Shown here one piece after another: positions 13,560-26,206 of a stretch of 64,000 bases of DNA. Made by a program: the position numbers and the translations under genes. Every line of letters begins with the position of its first letter. Within the stretch, counting starts at the first letter, position 1. The notes beneath the pieces are model-generated. The model had not been told where the DNA came from. It saw nothing but the letters and a program-made list of their open reading frames with translations, and ran no database searches. The DNA is from Lytechinus pictus (taxonomy: Eukaryota), in the NCBI RefSeq assembly GCF_037042905.1, contig NC_087250.1:8620001-8684000 (forward strand). Reading direction: 5' to 3'.

Positions 13560-14650
13560 CACTCTCGCATCCACACACCCCACTGCAACAACTACACACA
13601 TAATACACCCATTGACACACACGCATGTGGATAAAACACGTTTCACCGAGACATCACGCACACACAAAACACCCTCACGCACTAGGCACGCATTGAAACA
13701 CCCGCACTTCATCCACTTTTTTGTTTTTGTTTCCATGCACCCACATCTACACACACACATTCACACTCCCTCACATAGGCACTCATTGAAACACCCACAC
13801 TTCATCCACTTTTTTGTTTTTGTTTCCACGCACCCACAATCCACACACATCCTTTCCCACACATGCATATCAACACACCCATATTTGCCCCCAACACACA
13901 CACACACACTCACTCTCAGGCACGTTTTACTGAGACATTACACACACAAACACAACCTAACGCACTCCCTCCCATAAGCACTCATTGAAACACCCACACT
14001 TCATCCACTTTTTTGTTTTTGTTTCCACGCACCCAAATCCACACACATCTATTCCCGCACATACATATAAACACACCCATATTTGCCTCCAACACACACA
14101 CACTAACTCTCAGGCACGTTTTACTGAGACATTGCAAACACACAAACACACCCTCACGCACTCCCTCCCATAGGCACTCATTGAAACACCCACACTTCAT
14201 CCACTTTTTTGTTTTTGTTTCCATGCACCCACATCTACACACACACATTCACACATATACATATAAACACACCCATATTTACCCCCTACACACACACACA
14301 CACTCACTCTCAGGCACGTTTTACTGAGACATATTACACAAACATAAACACACCCTCACGCACCCCCTCCCATAGGCACTCATTGAAACACCCACACTTC
14401 ATCCACTTTTTTGTTTCCATGCACCCTAATCCACACACATCCATTCCCGCACATACATATAAACACATCCTTATTTGCCCCCAACACACCTTCACGCACT
14501 CCCTCCCATAGGCACTCATTGAAACACCCACACTTCATCCACTTTTTTGTTTTTGTTTCCACGCACCCACAATCCACACACACCCATTCCCACACACACA
14601 CATACACACACCCATACCTTACCCCCCGGACACTGACTCTCAGGTACCCT
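13560..14650 (+). repeat. CA-rich minisatellite, 6 units of about 100-200 bp (CACTCATTGAAACACCCACACTTCATCCAC core)
   Basis: Direct repeats; source of many spurious His/Thr-rich ORFs. Confidence 0.9.
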
Positions 14651-15305
14651 CATCCACACGCTCAAACTTCACCTACAATCCCTAACATTTCGTCACCCAC
14701 TCAAACGTTTTTATACATGTATCCGGCTCTGTGTATGATAATTGATTTTAATATTACTGTTGTGGCGACGCATTCCGGTACTCTATTCTATTTTTGTGAA
14801 TCGTTTTCTATAATCATTCTTATGTTTTATTCTTGGTTTCCCTTCTTTCAAGCCTTTGAGGCTTTTTGGGATACCTTTTTCTTTCATTATTTTTTTTATC
14901 TCACCTTAATGACTCATGATTATGTTTGTATATTTATGTTCAAAATACTGTATGATATTTGTATGTTTTTACATGTAGATAATTATTATTGAAAGAAATA
15001 AATGAGAGTATTTTCACTCTCCCTCAAAATTATAAAAACAATTCTCCCATACACTTTCACGCATTGCATTCGCGCGACGAAAAGACAACGCATTCTACAT
15101 TCATTCTAACACTGAACAAAAAACACACACACAGACCAAATTTGTTGCAATTTCATTATATACAATCGTATATATGCAGTTTAATCAATATTTAAGTTTT
15201 AAAACGTATATTTAAAAAAGTGTGAACTGCATTGGAATAAATAGTACAGATATGGACGCCGATTAACTTGTATCGATTTTCTTTGGATCTATGCTGAGCA
15301 GAAAA

Positions 15306-15376
15306 TACCACCACCACTATTACTACTTCTACTACCACTTCTACTACTACCACTTCTACTACTACTATTTCTACTA
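15306..15376 (+). repeat. (ACT/ACC)n microsatellite next to a small inverted-repeat element (about 15378-15615)
   Basis: Trinucleotide run; GCCAATTCGTCCACT..AGTAGACGAACTGGC ends. Confidence 0.75.
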
Positions 15377-16549
15377 TTGCCAATTCGTCCACTCACCATT
15401 TTGCATAATAACCAGTTGGTCCAATAGCCATTTAGTCCATATACCATTTGGTCTAATTGGACTAAGTGAATGAAAATGGTTATGAGACGAAATACGAAGT
15501 GATGATTGGACCAAATGGTTGTTAGACGAAATGTTCATCAATGAAATGGCATTAGACTGAATGAAAGTAGACCATGTGGTGAGTGGATGAGTTGGCAGTA
15601 GACGAACTGGCAATTTACCTGCACTGCGACCAGATTATTGTCTACTATCCGGCTAGTGTCATACGATGAGCTCAAAGTGTATTCACATGGTGAATTGGTG
15701 ATATATATGTAAATAAGATTCACTCTGTTACAAGGATCACATTTAACAGTGTTAAGATAATTTCACACTGTGGACACCCAAAAAGTGTGGCTGTTCACAG
15801 TGTATTCACATAATGAACAATATAGAATGTGTTTTACACCGTTACAATGATCAAATGTTATGGAGTGAACACACTGTCTGCACTTGTACACTATAGTGTG
15901 CGCGTTCAGCGTATAGTAGACTGTGTGTAAATATGATCCATAAGGCCACCGCACACCTTACGACTGTTCGCAATCTGATTTTGGGACAAATCGCATTTTG
16001 CTCATTTTCTGAAAATCTGAATGGAACATTTAATTTTATTTGAGGTTAAGATTAATTGAAAGAATACAAATATAACCATTTTTAAAGATTACAAGCCTTT
16101 ATTTTCGAGTAAAGGCCAAATTAGTTTCAAATCGTAGCTAATCGGACGACTGCTATGACGTCATTATGACTAGATTATAAATTCGCTTTTATTCTAAGGA
16201 GGACGAAAGCATAGTCTCAGATTTGAACATAGGTATTCGCACGATGATGTAGAACATTACACAGTAAGATATTCCAAGTCTCAATATTAGCATCAAATTC
16301 TACATTTTATTCTGAAATCGGGTCGCAGACCAATCGTAAGGTGTGCAGTCGCCTGTAGAGTTAAAATGTTTAAATTTAACAGTGTGAAAGTGATTTCACA
16401 GTGTCTTCCAAACTGTGACCACACTGTGGACATTATATATATGTTTCCTGCAGGGTACAATCAAAGATTCGTTATGTGTGCAATGGCTTTAATGTCTGTA
16501 TATAAATTAAAAAAACCTAATAAAAATACGTAGCCGATCTGCCACATGT

Positions 16550-16690
16550 CGCCAGCGATTCAAGGGATTGATTCTACCACTTTGTATTTCACCTGGGTAG
16601 AGTGCGGCAAGAATGCAAAGTATCTTGGCAAATGATGCTCGTGTAATTCGAACCATAGACCTTATGCTCTCCAACCAACGAGTTGTTCAG
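16550..16690 (-). mobile_element. Decayed tRNA-derived SINE
   Basis: GGTTCGAAT B-box on minus strand followed by CCAAGATAC..TGCCGCACTCTACCCAGGTG core-like sequence. Confidence 0.55.
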
Positions 16691-17604
16691 TCTTTCAATG
16701 CTCACAATGAATTCTAGCATCATCAAATCGTTAAAAATTGTGCCAATAAAGGTGAGAAGTAAAACAAATATCTCAATCGATTGGGCATAAATATATTATA
16801 AACTGTACAAAAGTATACATAACTATTTCGATTACTAAGTTTCATGATACACTCAAGTGAAGTAGCCCGTCCCACTCCAACCCAGTTCCCTTGAGTTCGG
16901 TCACGATTTCAGCCACGCACAAATATCAATAAAAGAGATCATCTGTATTTTTATATACGACATTCCAATACGTCCCTTCCGGTCCGTCCCATGTTTCATA
17001 AAGACTTGGTATGATAATAGATGCGCAATTTCTGTAACGTGTTTTCTATCAGCCAATCAAATTGAATGATTTCAGTAGCTTAAAACTGTTAATGCAATTT
17101 TTTGTGTGAAATCGGGTTTTAGTAAATAGGCACCAGGTTACTGACGTCACAATCCAACAATACACCGTCAGCGGTCCAAAGGAAGTGCATTTAAAAGACA
17201 TATCAATCAATGCCACCATTCAGCGGATAGGAGAAATCATTTGCTGGCTCAAGAATTGTGAAAAGGACTTGAAATCACGAAATACAATTACATCAGTGGA
17301 AGCAGCGAATTGGTTGTATCACTGAAAAATATTCTTCACCTCGATCGCGGAGCCTCGGGTATTTTCGGTGTGGAAAGTAATGTTAGCATATGATATAGGG
17401 ATATGCATGGAATGTGTCGAAAATACAGGGGATCAGATTACGTCAGTTACGTTATACGTCAGTAAGTTATGCAATTCTTTACACGTTTGATAAGCACCAG
17501 ATTGGGATTTGATTTTTTTAATATCCTCAAAGCTGGGATGATATCACTTTCAAACTTTGCATTGCGCCATCTTTCGGGGAGAATGAAACATGGCAAACTT
17601 GGGT

Positions 17605-17730
17605 GGTATGTGTGAGTATGTTATTGATTTTACTTTTACAGAGTTGTATTGAATACTTGCATCTGTGACCGACATTGAACGTCATCCATGCAGGGCTCGA
17701 ACCTCAAAACTCTGCATCGATTTGGTTGTA
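17605..17730 (-). mobile_element. Old diverged copy of the SINE seen at 55461 and 56684, in the gene 3'UTR
   Basis: TCTGTGACCGACATTGAACGTCA..CAGGGCTCGAACCTC..TCTGCATCGATTT aligns with the young copies; 7SL head not recognisable. Confidence 0.65.
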
Positions 17731-17774
17731 GTTGCATGTCTTCTGAGGATTCCGAATTTTATCGAAGAATGACT

Positions 17775-17974
17775 TTATGCGGCTTCATTGTTTTTTCCTT
17801 TTCTCTTGCATCTATAGCAGACGACTACGATGACGATGCTGGTGATGATGATTAAGAGAACGACTATGGTGATGATGATGATGATGTTCCTCGGCAGCTG
17901 CCATGTGATTGGGTCGTCGTAATTATCGGACACGTTGGTCTCAGTATCGTCGTCGTCATCCGTTTCCAAATCAA
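17775..17974 (-). CDS. Terminal coding exon 10: acidic stalk, TM helix, short basic tail
   Basis: CAG acceptor phase 1, ETDDDD stalk, about 23-residue Ile/Val-rich helix, YRCKRKGKNNEAA then TAA. Confidence 0.9.
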
Positions 17975-18717
17975 CTGAGGTGAGTGAAATATTTTTGAGA
18001 AGAAACAAAATAATGATATCTCATTGGTGGCGATTAAAAAGAAATAGTGATTTTTCGCAATTGCAACGGGGCGGATTCTCCAACATAGTAAATCTATTGA
18101 AAAAGCCCCTCAGCGCTCCATGCACAGTTCATATGCCTTTGTCGACAATAGGTGAACGGGGACGGATATTGTTCTAACATTCTGAGCTGAGAAAAAATAG
18201 CAAATATGTCGTTTTGTCCAGAGTCATGAGCGACACTACTGTTCTGATTCACCGATTTTCTACAAAGACTGCTATTTCATGAGTGGCTGTCGAAAATAGA
18301 TGCTCACCGTCAAAGAAAGCGTCTGAGTAGTGGTTTCAAAAGCGGTGAGGGTGCGTATGTGTGTTGAGGGAGGGGGGGGGTCTCATGAACGGTCTTTGAA
18401 TTTTTTTGGTTGATCTATGGATAGCCGAAAAGCGCAAATATCAATTTACAAAAATAATTGGAATTTAATTTTGTTTTGTTTTTGTATCTTCAACATTGTT
18501 GGCGAGTGACAGTTACGGTTGTTTCCTTCACCTTTTACAGGTATTTGGGGGAGAATTCACAGTAAACATGAAATATACAGGAAGTGAAATCGATTTTCAT
18601 TTTCTTAATCATTTCTTGCTTCCCATAGTTTTAGCACAGACTTGGTCCTATATACTCTGGCCGACGTAGAACCAGTTGATAATACGGGCAAAAGAATTCG
18701 GACTAAAACAAACTTAC

Positions 18718-18813
18718 CAGTTTCGCACAATATCCCTTCGATATCATCTGGGCAGAAGCACTGATTGTCCGTACATGTGCCATTATTTTGACAGGTACTT
18801 TCGGTGCAGTCCA
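18718..18813 (-). CDS. Coding exon 9, EGF-like domain
   Basis: TAG acceptor, GTAAGT donor, 96 nt phase 1-1, CTESTCQNNGTCTDNQCFCPDDIEGILC. Confidence 0.92.
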
Positions 18814-19267
18814 CTATGGATAAAGGGTTTATAAGACGAAAATGATAAAAAAATAGTAAAACTCAAATCTAACATTGCTACAATTAATAAAAGTTTGAAG
18901 GAAGAAATGACAGATTTCACAGAGAGGGGTAAGAGACATGTTAAAATTTAGAAAACCGTATATGATGCAAATATTTTAAGTGCATGACGTCATGACTTTT
19001 CATGTTAGAAATATATACAGAAATAATTTTTTCATATATATGTACAATTCAAATTCAATTCCAATTTATTTACATTTTTGATAAAAAGGAAAGAGAATTA
19101 ACAGAAACAATGATAAAACAATGATAACAGCGTTGTCAAAACATACAAACACATTTCGGGGGGTGGGGGCAAAGTAGCATGAACAACCTTAACATTAACC
19201 CTAAAGAGTCAGAACACAGAATCGATATATTCTGTGAAAGACACCTATGACAAAACACGGATATTAC

Positions 19268-19504
19268 CTTGGCACGTGAATCCGTCCCCAACTGTTATAA
19301 AACCAGTCTGACAGGTACAGTAGTATCCTCCTTTCGTGTTCACACATACGCCATATTCCGGGTCACAAACAGAACTTTGGCATTCATTTATATCTTCACA
19401 GCGTTCATCTCCGGCTAGTATGAACCCGCTGTCGCAGATGCATTCATAGATGCCGTCGGCCTCGATGCATTCGCCATTGTCACAGTTCCGGCAGTTTGCG
19501 TGGA
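19268..19504 (-). CDS. Coding exon 8, EGF plus calcium-binding EGF domain
   Basis: AG acceptor after (TC)n tract, GTAATA donor, 237 nt phase 1-1; CRNCDNGEC...CICDSGF...CEDINECQSSVC...CVNTKGGYYCTCQTGF; absent from ORF track. Confidence 0.92.
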
Positions 19505-20263
19505 CTTAGTGAGTGAGAGAGAGAGAGAGAGAGAGGGGGGGGGAGTGATTATTAGATCATCAGAATAATCATTAATCAAATGCACCTTTTATCCGTTCTG
19601 TCAAAACAATTACAAAAAAAAAAAATTGTCATTTAACACATGATGAAGGCATGAACAGTCTTTTTCAGGTAAGCCTAATACTGAAAGAAACTGGACGACA
19701 AAAAATCAATTTCATTGATAGATATTGCATGGAGATTCCATCGAGGTTCTTCTCTTTGCTTTGAACATAAAAAAAATACTGATAATGACCTGAAACAAGT
19801 TATGGGTCACATTTGCTCACTTCCGGCCCACTGTGCGACGCCGACAAACTTTCTTCACGATTGTCATGAGAGGTGTTTTGACCTATCAAGATACTTTAAA
19901 TTATAAACGTGCAAGTGGTTTTAATGAATGAAATGGAAGAGGAGTAAAGGGTAACATACCCAAGGGGGACAGGGAGGACGTGTCCCCTCTACCAAAAAAA
20001 TAGGGGGGGGGGGACTCAATATCAAATGTCCCCCTACTATTTTTTGTATTTTATGATACATAATTCACAATCGCAATAATACACGTATTTTGACCTCACA
20101 TTTTGGGTGAAAACCTTTATTTCTTCCCTTTTTGGGTTGTCAATTTAGTTTTGGTTAAAGTGACCTTACGTTTTAGGTGATAACCTTTTTTTTTATTTTT
20201 TGCCAAATTTTCCAGCCCCTGGTTCCCCTACCTTTCGGGACAGATTTCCGCCCATGAACATAC

Positions 20264-20401
20264 CTAAACACATGACGCCATCAAGCCCAAGAACGTATTC
20301 CTCTTGACAGTCGCAGAGGGCTGATCCGTTGTTGTTATGGCAGATACCACGCAACGCGTCGCACGGGTAGTCTTCGCCGCGTAAACCACACGGATTCAAT
20401 C
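20264..20401 (-). CDS. Coding exon 7, EGF-like domain
   Basis: CAG acceptor, GTATGT donor, 138 nt phase 1-1, six Cys (NPC...PCDALRGIC...CDC...DGVMC). Confidence 0.9.
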
Positions 20402-21495
20402 CTGTTGTTTATCAGTAAATGAAAAGTTCAAGAAGTGTTTATATGCGTGCCTTCTGAGGCGTTGCAAGAAACTTGCCATCAGTTGGAAGTCTATTTTCGG
20501 TCCCTAAATCATAAATATATCAATTTATAATCATTTGTAAACGACTTTGAATTCAATTGTTTTATTTTATTTCAATATTCACTCTTTTTAACATACAAAT
20601 AAAAAACATAAATTATACCAATCAATCAAGCTTACACTTTTAAATTGGTTATAACAATACAAACCATATTCAATAACCAAATAAAAACCTTTTTAAACGT
20701 AATTAAAGTATATAAATAGTTGTCTATGTATGCCAAAAAAGAAAGAAAAGAAATGGAAAAAAGGAACAGCTGGGAAGTGAGGCTTGTATTGTGATTGATT
20801 AATGTTCAAGGATTGTCCGCAACTGAGAACATGTAAGTGCGACTTTTAATTATAGACTTGAATATTTGTGAAACACCCCCTTCCCCGATCAAATCAAATC
20901 ACACTTAAAAGTGAAGTAAAACATGCCTATTACAACACATCAGCATCAAACATTTGAATCAGATGAAATCACATAAATCCATCAAACCAAAATCTCATAA
21001 ATTAATTTAAATCTAATTAATTTAAATCTAATTCGTATTTTTCTATTTTCAACAATTACAGTTTGTTTTGTACATTTTGACATACAAATAAAACATATTT
21101 CATTGAAGTATCCCTGTACAAAAATTATATTCAAGATTATTACATATAAGGTTGGAAATGGAGGAGGCTGCTAAAAGCGGAGCTTGTAGAGTGCAGCCTC
21201 CCAATAAATCAAATTAACAACTTGAGCATAAACCAGTTAAATTTAAAAGAAATAGGGGGAACTTAAAAACAGAAAAGGAAATAAGAAAAAGACCGATTTA
21301 AGGTCTCCAGAATCCAGCCCAGTACTCACAAACGGACCTCGCTGATCAACAGGAAAACGAAAGAGATGGAAAGTATGATATTCATGTTTGATAAAAAAAA
21401 TACAAAAGTTTGAGTGATGAAGAATTAATTCAATGGTTATCTTTGAGAAACTTTTTGAACTTATATTTGAAAGAATTACAAATGCTTGCTCTTAC

Positions 21496-21654
21496 CACCG
21501 CTATTTAATGTTGTATTTCTCCCGGCATTGTTGCTGTCAGTACTGTTGCTAGTGTTGTTGTTGTTGCTTGTGTTGTTGGCTACGCAGTTGTATTCGAATC
21601 TGTCACTAACACAGATGAGACCCTCTTGACATGGAGACGAGCTGCAGTAGTCGA
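21496..21654 (-). CDS. Coding exon 6, 4-Cys EGF-like module plus Asn/Thr/Ser-rich linker
   Basis: CAG acceptor, GTAAGA donor, 159 nt phase 1-1, DYCSSSPCQEGLICVSDRFEYNC. Confidence 0.88.
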
Positions 21655-22037
21655 CTGTCACGTGAGCAGATAAGAAAGACATTTTCAAATGAGGACAGGT
21701 AGAATTTGCTTTTATTCATAGACAAGCTGCACTAGTCGACTCCCACATGAACAGATAAGAAAGACATTTTCAAATGAGGACAGGTAGAATTTGCTTTTAT
21801 TCATAGACAAGCTGCACTAGTCGACTCCCACATGAACAGATAAGAAAGACATTTTCAAATGAGGACAGGTAGAATTTGCTTTTATTCATAGACAAGCTGC
21901 ACTAGTCGACTCCCACATGAACAGATAAAAAAGACATTTTCAAATGAGGACAGGTAGAATTTGCTTTTATTCATAGACAAGCTGCACTAGTCGACTGCCA
22001 CATAAGCAGATAAGAAAGACATTTTCAAATGAGGACA
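21641..22037. repeat. 85-bp tandem repeat, about 4.7 copies, spanning the exon 6 acceptor
   Basis: Unit starts at 21641, 21726, 21811, 21896, 21981. Confidence 0.95.
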
Positions 22038-22120
22038 TGACCAATAACATGTAGAATTAGCTTTTATTCATATCAAAATTCAGAGAAATATCAAAGATGC
22101 GAGAACAAGAGCATCGGGGA

Positions 22121-22641
22121 AATACATGCAGTGACTTACGTGAGTCTTATGGGGAAAGACTGACTTAATACATGCAGTGACTTACGTAAGTCTTATGGGG
22201 AAAGACTGACTTAATACATGCAGTGACTTACGTAAGTCTTATGGGGAAAGACTGACTTAATACATGCAGTGACTTACATAAGTCTTATAGGGAGAGACCG
22301 ACTTAATACATTCAGTGACTTACGTAAGACTTACGCAAGTCTTATGGGGAAAGACTGACTTAATACATGCAGTGACTTATGTAAGTCTTATGGGGAAAGA
22401 CTGACTTAATACATGCAGTGACTTACGTAAGTCTTATGGGGAAAGACTGACTTAATACATGCAGTGACTTACGTAAGTCTTATGGGAAAGACGGACTTAA
22501 TACATGCAGTGACTTACGTAAGTCTTATGGGAAAAGACTGACTTAATACATGCAGTGACTTACGTAAGTCTTATGGGGAAAGACTAACTTCATACATGCA
22601 GTGACTTACGTAAGACTTAGGCCTATATACGTAAGTCTTAT
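22121..22641. repeat. 46-bp tandem repeat, about 11 copies, with GACTTACGTAAGTC palindrome
   Basis: Visible direct repeats. Confidence 0.95.
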
Positions 22642-22856
22642 GTGATAAACAAAAGTAATTTCCGTTTATAGGCGACTTGAGTGGACATGTTCACAACTTT
22701 ACCTTTAATTTTGGCGATTCTGGATTCTTGTTCTTTGTTACTCATTATTAAGGTTTAACGTACGCAGCGTCATGGATACTATTTTGGATTTCGCAGAGAT
22801 AATTAAAGTATATCAACGATAGAAAAATGTAAGATAAATCTTTGAGTTTGACCTAC

Positions 22857-23141
22857 CATGTTCGCCAATGAACACTTTCATATCCAGTATCCCTGCCAAG
22901 CTCTGCTCGGTCCCACTCACTGTGATGTTCGTCCGGAAGTCTTGATTGGTCGGATCCGTCAGGTGTAGATGGCCAATCCCACCTCGTTTATTATCTGTCC
23001 AGTAAATTACGTCATTATAAACGACTATGTGCTCAGCGTAACCGATTAATATCGATATATTGGCGAGGGCGGTACGCACGTTGGTTTCCAAATTGTACCT
23101 CTCGACTGTTTGGCCACCGTTGATCCAGTATAGACAGTTAT
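22857..23141 (-). CDS. Coding exon 5, beta-propeller (LYWIN...IYWTD...GEH)
   Basis: Polypyrimidine-TAG acceptor, GTAGGT donor, 285 nt phase 1-1, canonical YWTD motif. Confidence 0.92.
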
Positions 23142-23770
23142 CTACAAGGAATAGAAGAAAAAAAAAACAATATCGTAACTCTTTCTTGAAATGTGAATCT
23201 AATTCGGGAAATGGGGTAGACCAACTGTAGAAGACAAATGGTAGGAAAAAATAATCATGGTACTTTAGCACGACGTGGCCATTACACCATCCCCATAAAG
23301 CGCTCTTCATATTTTTTTTAACTCATGTGCTAGTACATGTTTCTTCCCAATCTTCCTCCTCTTCTTTTATCTTTCTTCTTTGTGTGTAGATTTGCTCATT
23401 TTGTTCCTGTTCTTCTCGTTCTTCTTTTCCTCTTCCTCCTTTCCTTTTCCTTCTTATTGGATTTGCTCTCAGAGAATGTGAAACAGTAGAGTTGTGCAAA
23501 CCAGGCAAACGAGGAAACGTCTACAAGGTGAACTTCAATGTTAGACCGATCGACTCATGTTGTCGCAAAATACAACCTTTCGTGAAAAACATCCCCCTTT
23601 TAAAGGAAACCACCACGAATTGACCCAATTATTCAGGGACATATCCGAAATTATAAAAACATAACCAATTATAAATTAAGTGACTTTTTCACGAAAGGTA
23701 GGGTAACGCGTTTACACGACCGGACGCGATTACCCGATGTTTTGAGACAAGCCCGGCCACCGTCCCTTAC

Positions 23771-23889
23771 CTTGGGCGTTTCTTGTGAAAGCAGTAACAT
23801 TGGCCAGGTCCGTATCAACAATGACCTCTTTATCTGTACCATCCACCTTTATTTCCATGATGCGATCTCCCTCAGAAAAATAGAGCTTT
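23771..23889 (-). CDS. Coding exon 4, beta-propeller (KLYFSEGDRIMEIKVDGTDKEVIV...)
   Basis: TAG acceptor, GTAAGG donor, 119 nt phase 2-1, LYFSE and VDGT motifs. Confidence 0.9.
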
Positions 23890-24079
23890 CTAGTCATAGA
23901 CACATGAATGAAGAATGGCAAAAAGATAATGAGACTCGGGCAAATGTATTATCTAAGGGAGACGACAGACCCCTTCCCTTCTGATATAACTTAACAAAAA
24001 ATAAAACTCGTGCATATATTGGTACCACAACAACATTCATCTTTTCATCTTTATAAAAGTGCAATATTGATTAAATACA

Positions 24080-24171
24080 TTGCTCAGGGGCATATGTGCC
24101 GTGACTGGGGATCGAACCTCCAACTTTCGCTTGTCTTTGTATGCCTTCAGGCGTCTTAAACCACTCGGCCA
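24080..24171 (-). mobile_element. tRNA-derived SINE head (truncated)
   Basis: A-box TGGCCGAGTGG and B-box GGTTCGATCCC on minus strand followed by GCCCCTGAGCAA core-like motif. Confidence 0.7.
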
Positions 24172-24615
24172 ATGTTCCTACATGGAATTCTCACTGATCT
24201 GTAAACAGATCAGTGGTAATTCTCCGCGATCAGTGTCATATCGCCATCTACGACGCACACTGGAGAGGTTGTTACCAGTTTACTGGCGAAAAAGTACTCA
24301 CAGGGCAACCGAATAGTTCATCTCGATTGTGAAAAATATAACATATCATTGATAAACAGATTGGCTTATTACGGCATACAGCTTTAAATAAAGGGTGGTG
24401 GTTCCTTGCTTGTTATATTTTCACCCTTTAAAACGCGTTGAAATAGAAATAACAAATATACAATTTCAACATTCTAAACAGACTCTAAAATGGGATCATT
24501 GACTCCCATCCCTTCCTCTCTCTCTCTTCTGTATGATCAATAACAGTAGCTGATGTTAAACATGGGCGGCTCCAGTGTATTTTGATAGGGAGCGGCAAGA
24601 CATTTACTCAATTAA

Positions 24616-25198
24616 AGGAGAATGAAACCCTTGAAACCAGCTGATTCCATATCAAAGAGAAAAATCAAAGAAACATATTGTTGAAAGTTTGAGGAAGATT
24701 GAATGAATAATAAGAAAGTTATGAGCATTCGAATATTGAGATCACTAGTGCCATGTAGATCCTCCCAACGGCAATGCGACCAAGATCTGTGATATCACAC
24801 ACGTACAACTCCCTCATTACTTTAGTACTTATTTCACTTATATTCTCACTTTTATAGAGTCTATCACAAGGTGAGGTGTTCTCTTTATGAGATGACAAGT
24901 ACAGAGGTTTCACAACATTATATCATTGATGAATCGTTTGTCATATGATTAGAATGAGCAAAAAGAGATGTTTTGGGGTATATTTTCAGTGTCCAAATGG
25001 GAGAGTTGTACGTGTGTGACATCACAGATCTTGGTCGCATTGCCAATGGGAGGATCTCCATAGCATTAGTGATCTCGACATTCAAATGCTCATAACTCTT
25101 TTATTGCTAGTCCTATTTTTCTCAAAGTTTTGTTGATCTTATTCTTTGATTTTTCTGCTTTCACAAAAGCTAACTTGCTCCAAGAGTTTCATTCTCCT
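24616..25198. mobile_element. Kolobok-type palindromic MITE
   Basis: TTAA TSD, AGGAGAATGAAAC TIR, long internal inverted repeats. Confidence 0.88.
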
Positions 25199-25421
25199 TT
25201 AAATTAGGCCTCCATTGGTAACAGAGATTTACATAACCTATATATCTCTTAGTCTCTAAAGGATTCGTTTTCCCCTTTAAATTAAATTTCTCGGGTTTAT
25301 TTCACTGCTTTATACATAAAAGGGGTGGGGCGCTTCCCCTACCCCCTCCCGATAGCTGAAATGAATATAAGTATATTGTTACGAAAAAAAAAACACCATA
25401 ACAATGAATATTATTATTCAC

Positions 25422-25581
25422 CCTATCTGACCGTCCGCGCTTAGTCCATATATATGCCTATCATTGTAATCGATCCTTATCTTATTAGTCCCATCTAGTC
25501 TGATTGATGCCAAGATTCTAGAGACGTTCCCAAACCAGTAGATCCTTCGGTCAAAATTGTTGAAGGTGATGCAGAAAGGCT
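25422..25581 (-). CDS. Coding exon 3, beta-propeller (KPFCITFNNFDRRIYWFG...RLDGTNK...DGQIG)
   Basis: TTTTTCCAG acceptor, GTGAAT donor, 160 nt phase 1-2, IYW and LDGT motifs typical of LDLR class B repeats; absent from ORF track. Confidence 0.88.
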
Positions 25582-26206
25582 CTGGAAAAATAAAGCACCA
25601 AAGTGAACTCGGTTATTTCAAAGATGGAGCGAACCAACCAACAATTTGGGGTCTTACTCACTAACGTCAAGTCTTAAAATATACATTTTGAGATAAGTTT
25701 TAGTAATAAAAAAGCCCTTAATTACATTTTTGAAGAAACACTAAAATATTTTTGAGAGGAAATGTGCATGCTTGGCTACGCTATATTTCAAACAAAATCT
25801 TTAAATTTCAATGAGAAATTTTCAAAATTTATTGCTAATTTTTTTTTTAAATTAAAAAATATATGCTTAGTCTTTAAACACAAAATGAACAATCGTAAGT
25901 TCATAGTAAACCATGTTGTATGAAATGTCTAACTGGTTGTTTATTTCTTATTCTTTACTGTGTAAATATAAAATAATTGCGTTTCTAGAATAGATCCCTG
26001 AGGGACTCCTCATATATACATGTACATAGGCCAAAACACCTAAGTTTGCCAACTTGTTGTGTAAAAATATGGGAATTTAATATTTAAAAGGTGCTAGAAA
26101 ATTATGACGACTTGGAATATTATGTAAGTCAATAATTTCGACCATTACCCTTCATCCTCACTTACACTTGCAACTCAATTTTAAGGAACTGGGGAATGTT
26201 ACTTAC

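Noticed and set aside
13557..14992. Cluster of His/Thr- and Cys/Val-rich ORFs
   Set aside because: Translations of a CA-rich minisatellite in multiple frames
22121..22641. CRISPR-like appearance of palindromic repeats (also 53350-53800 and 57570-58160)
   Set aside because: Units are contiguous with no unique spacers, no cas genes, eukaryotic context
24080..24171. Functional tRNA gene
   Set aside because: A and B boxes present but no clean cloverleaf or acceptor stem; followed by SINE core-like sequence
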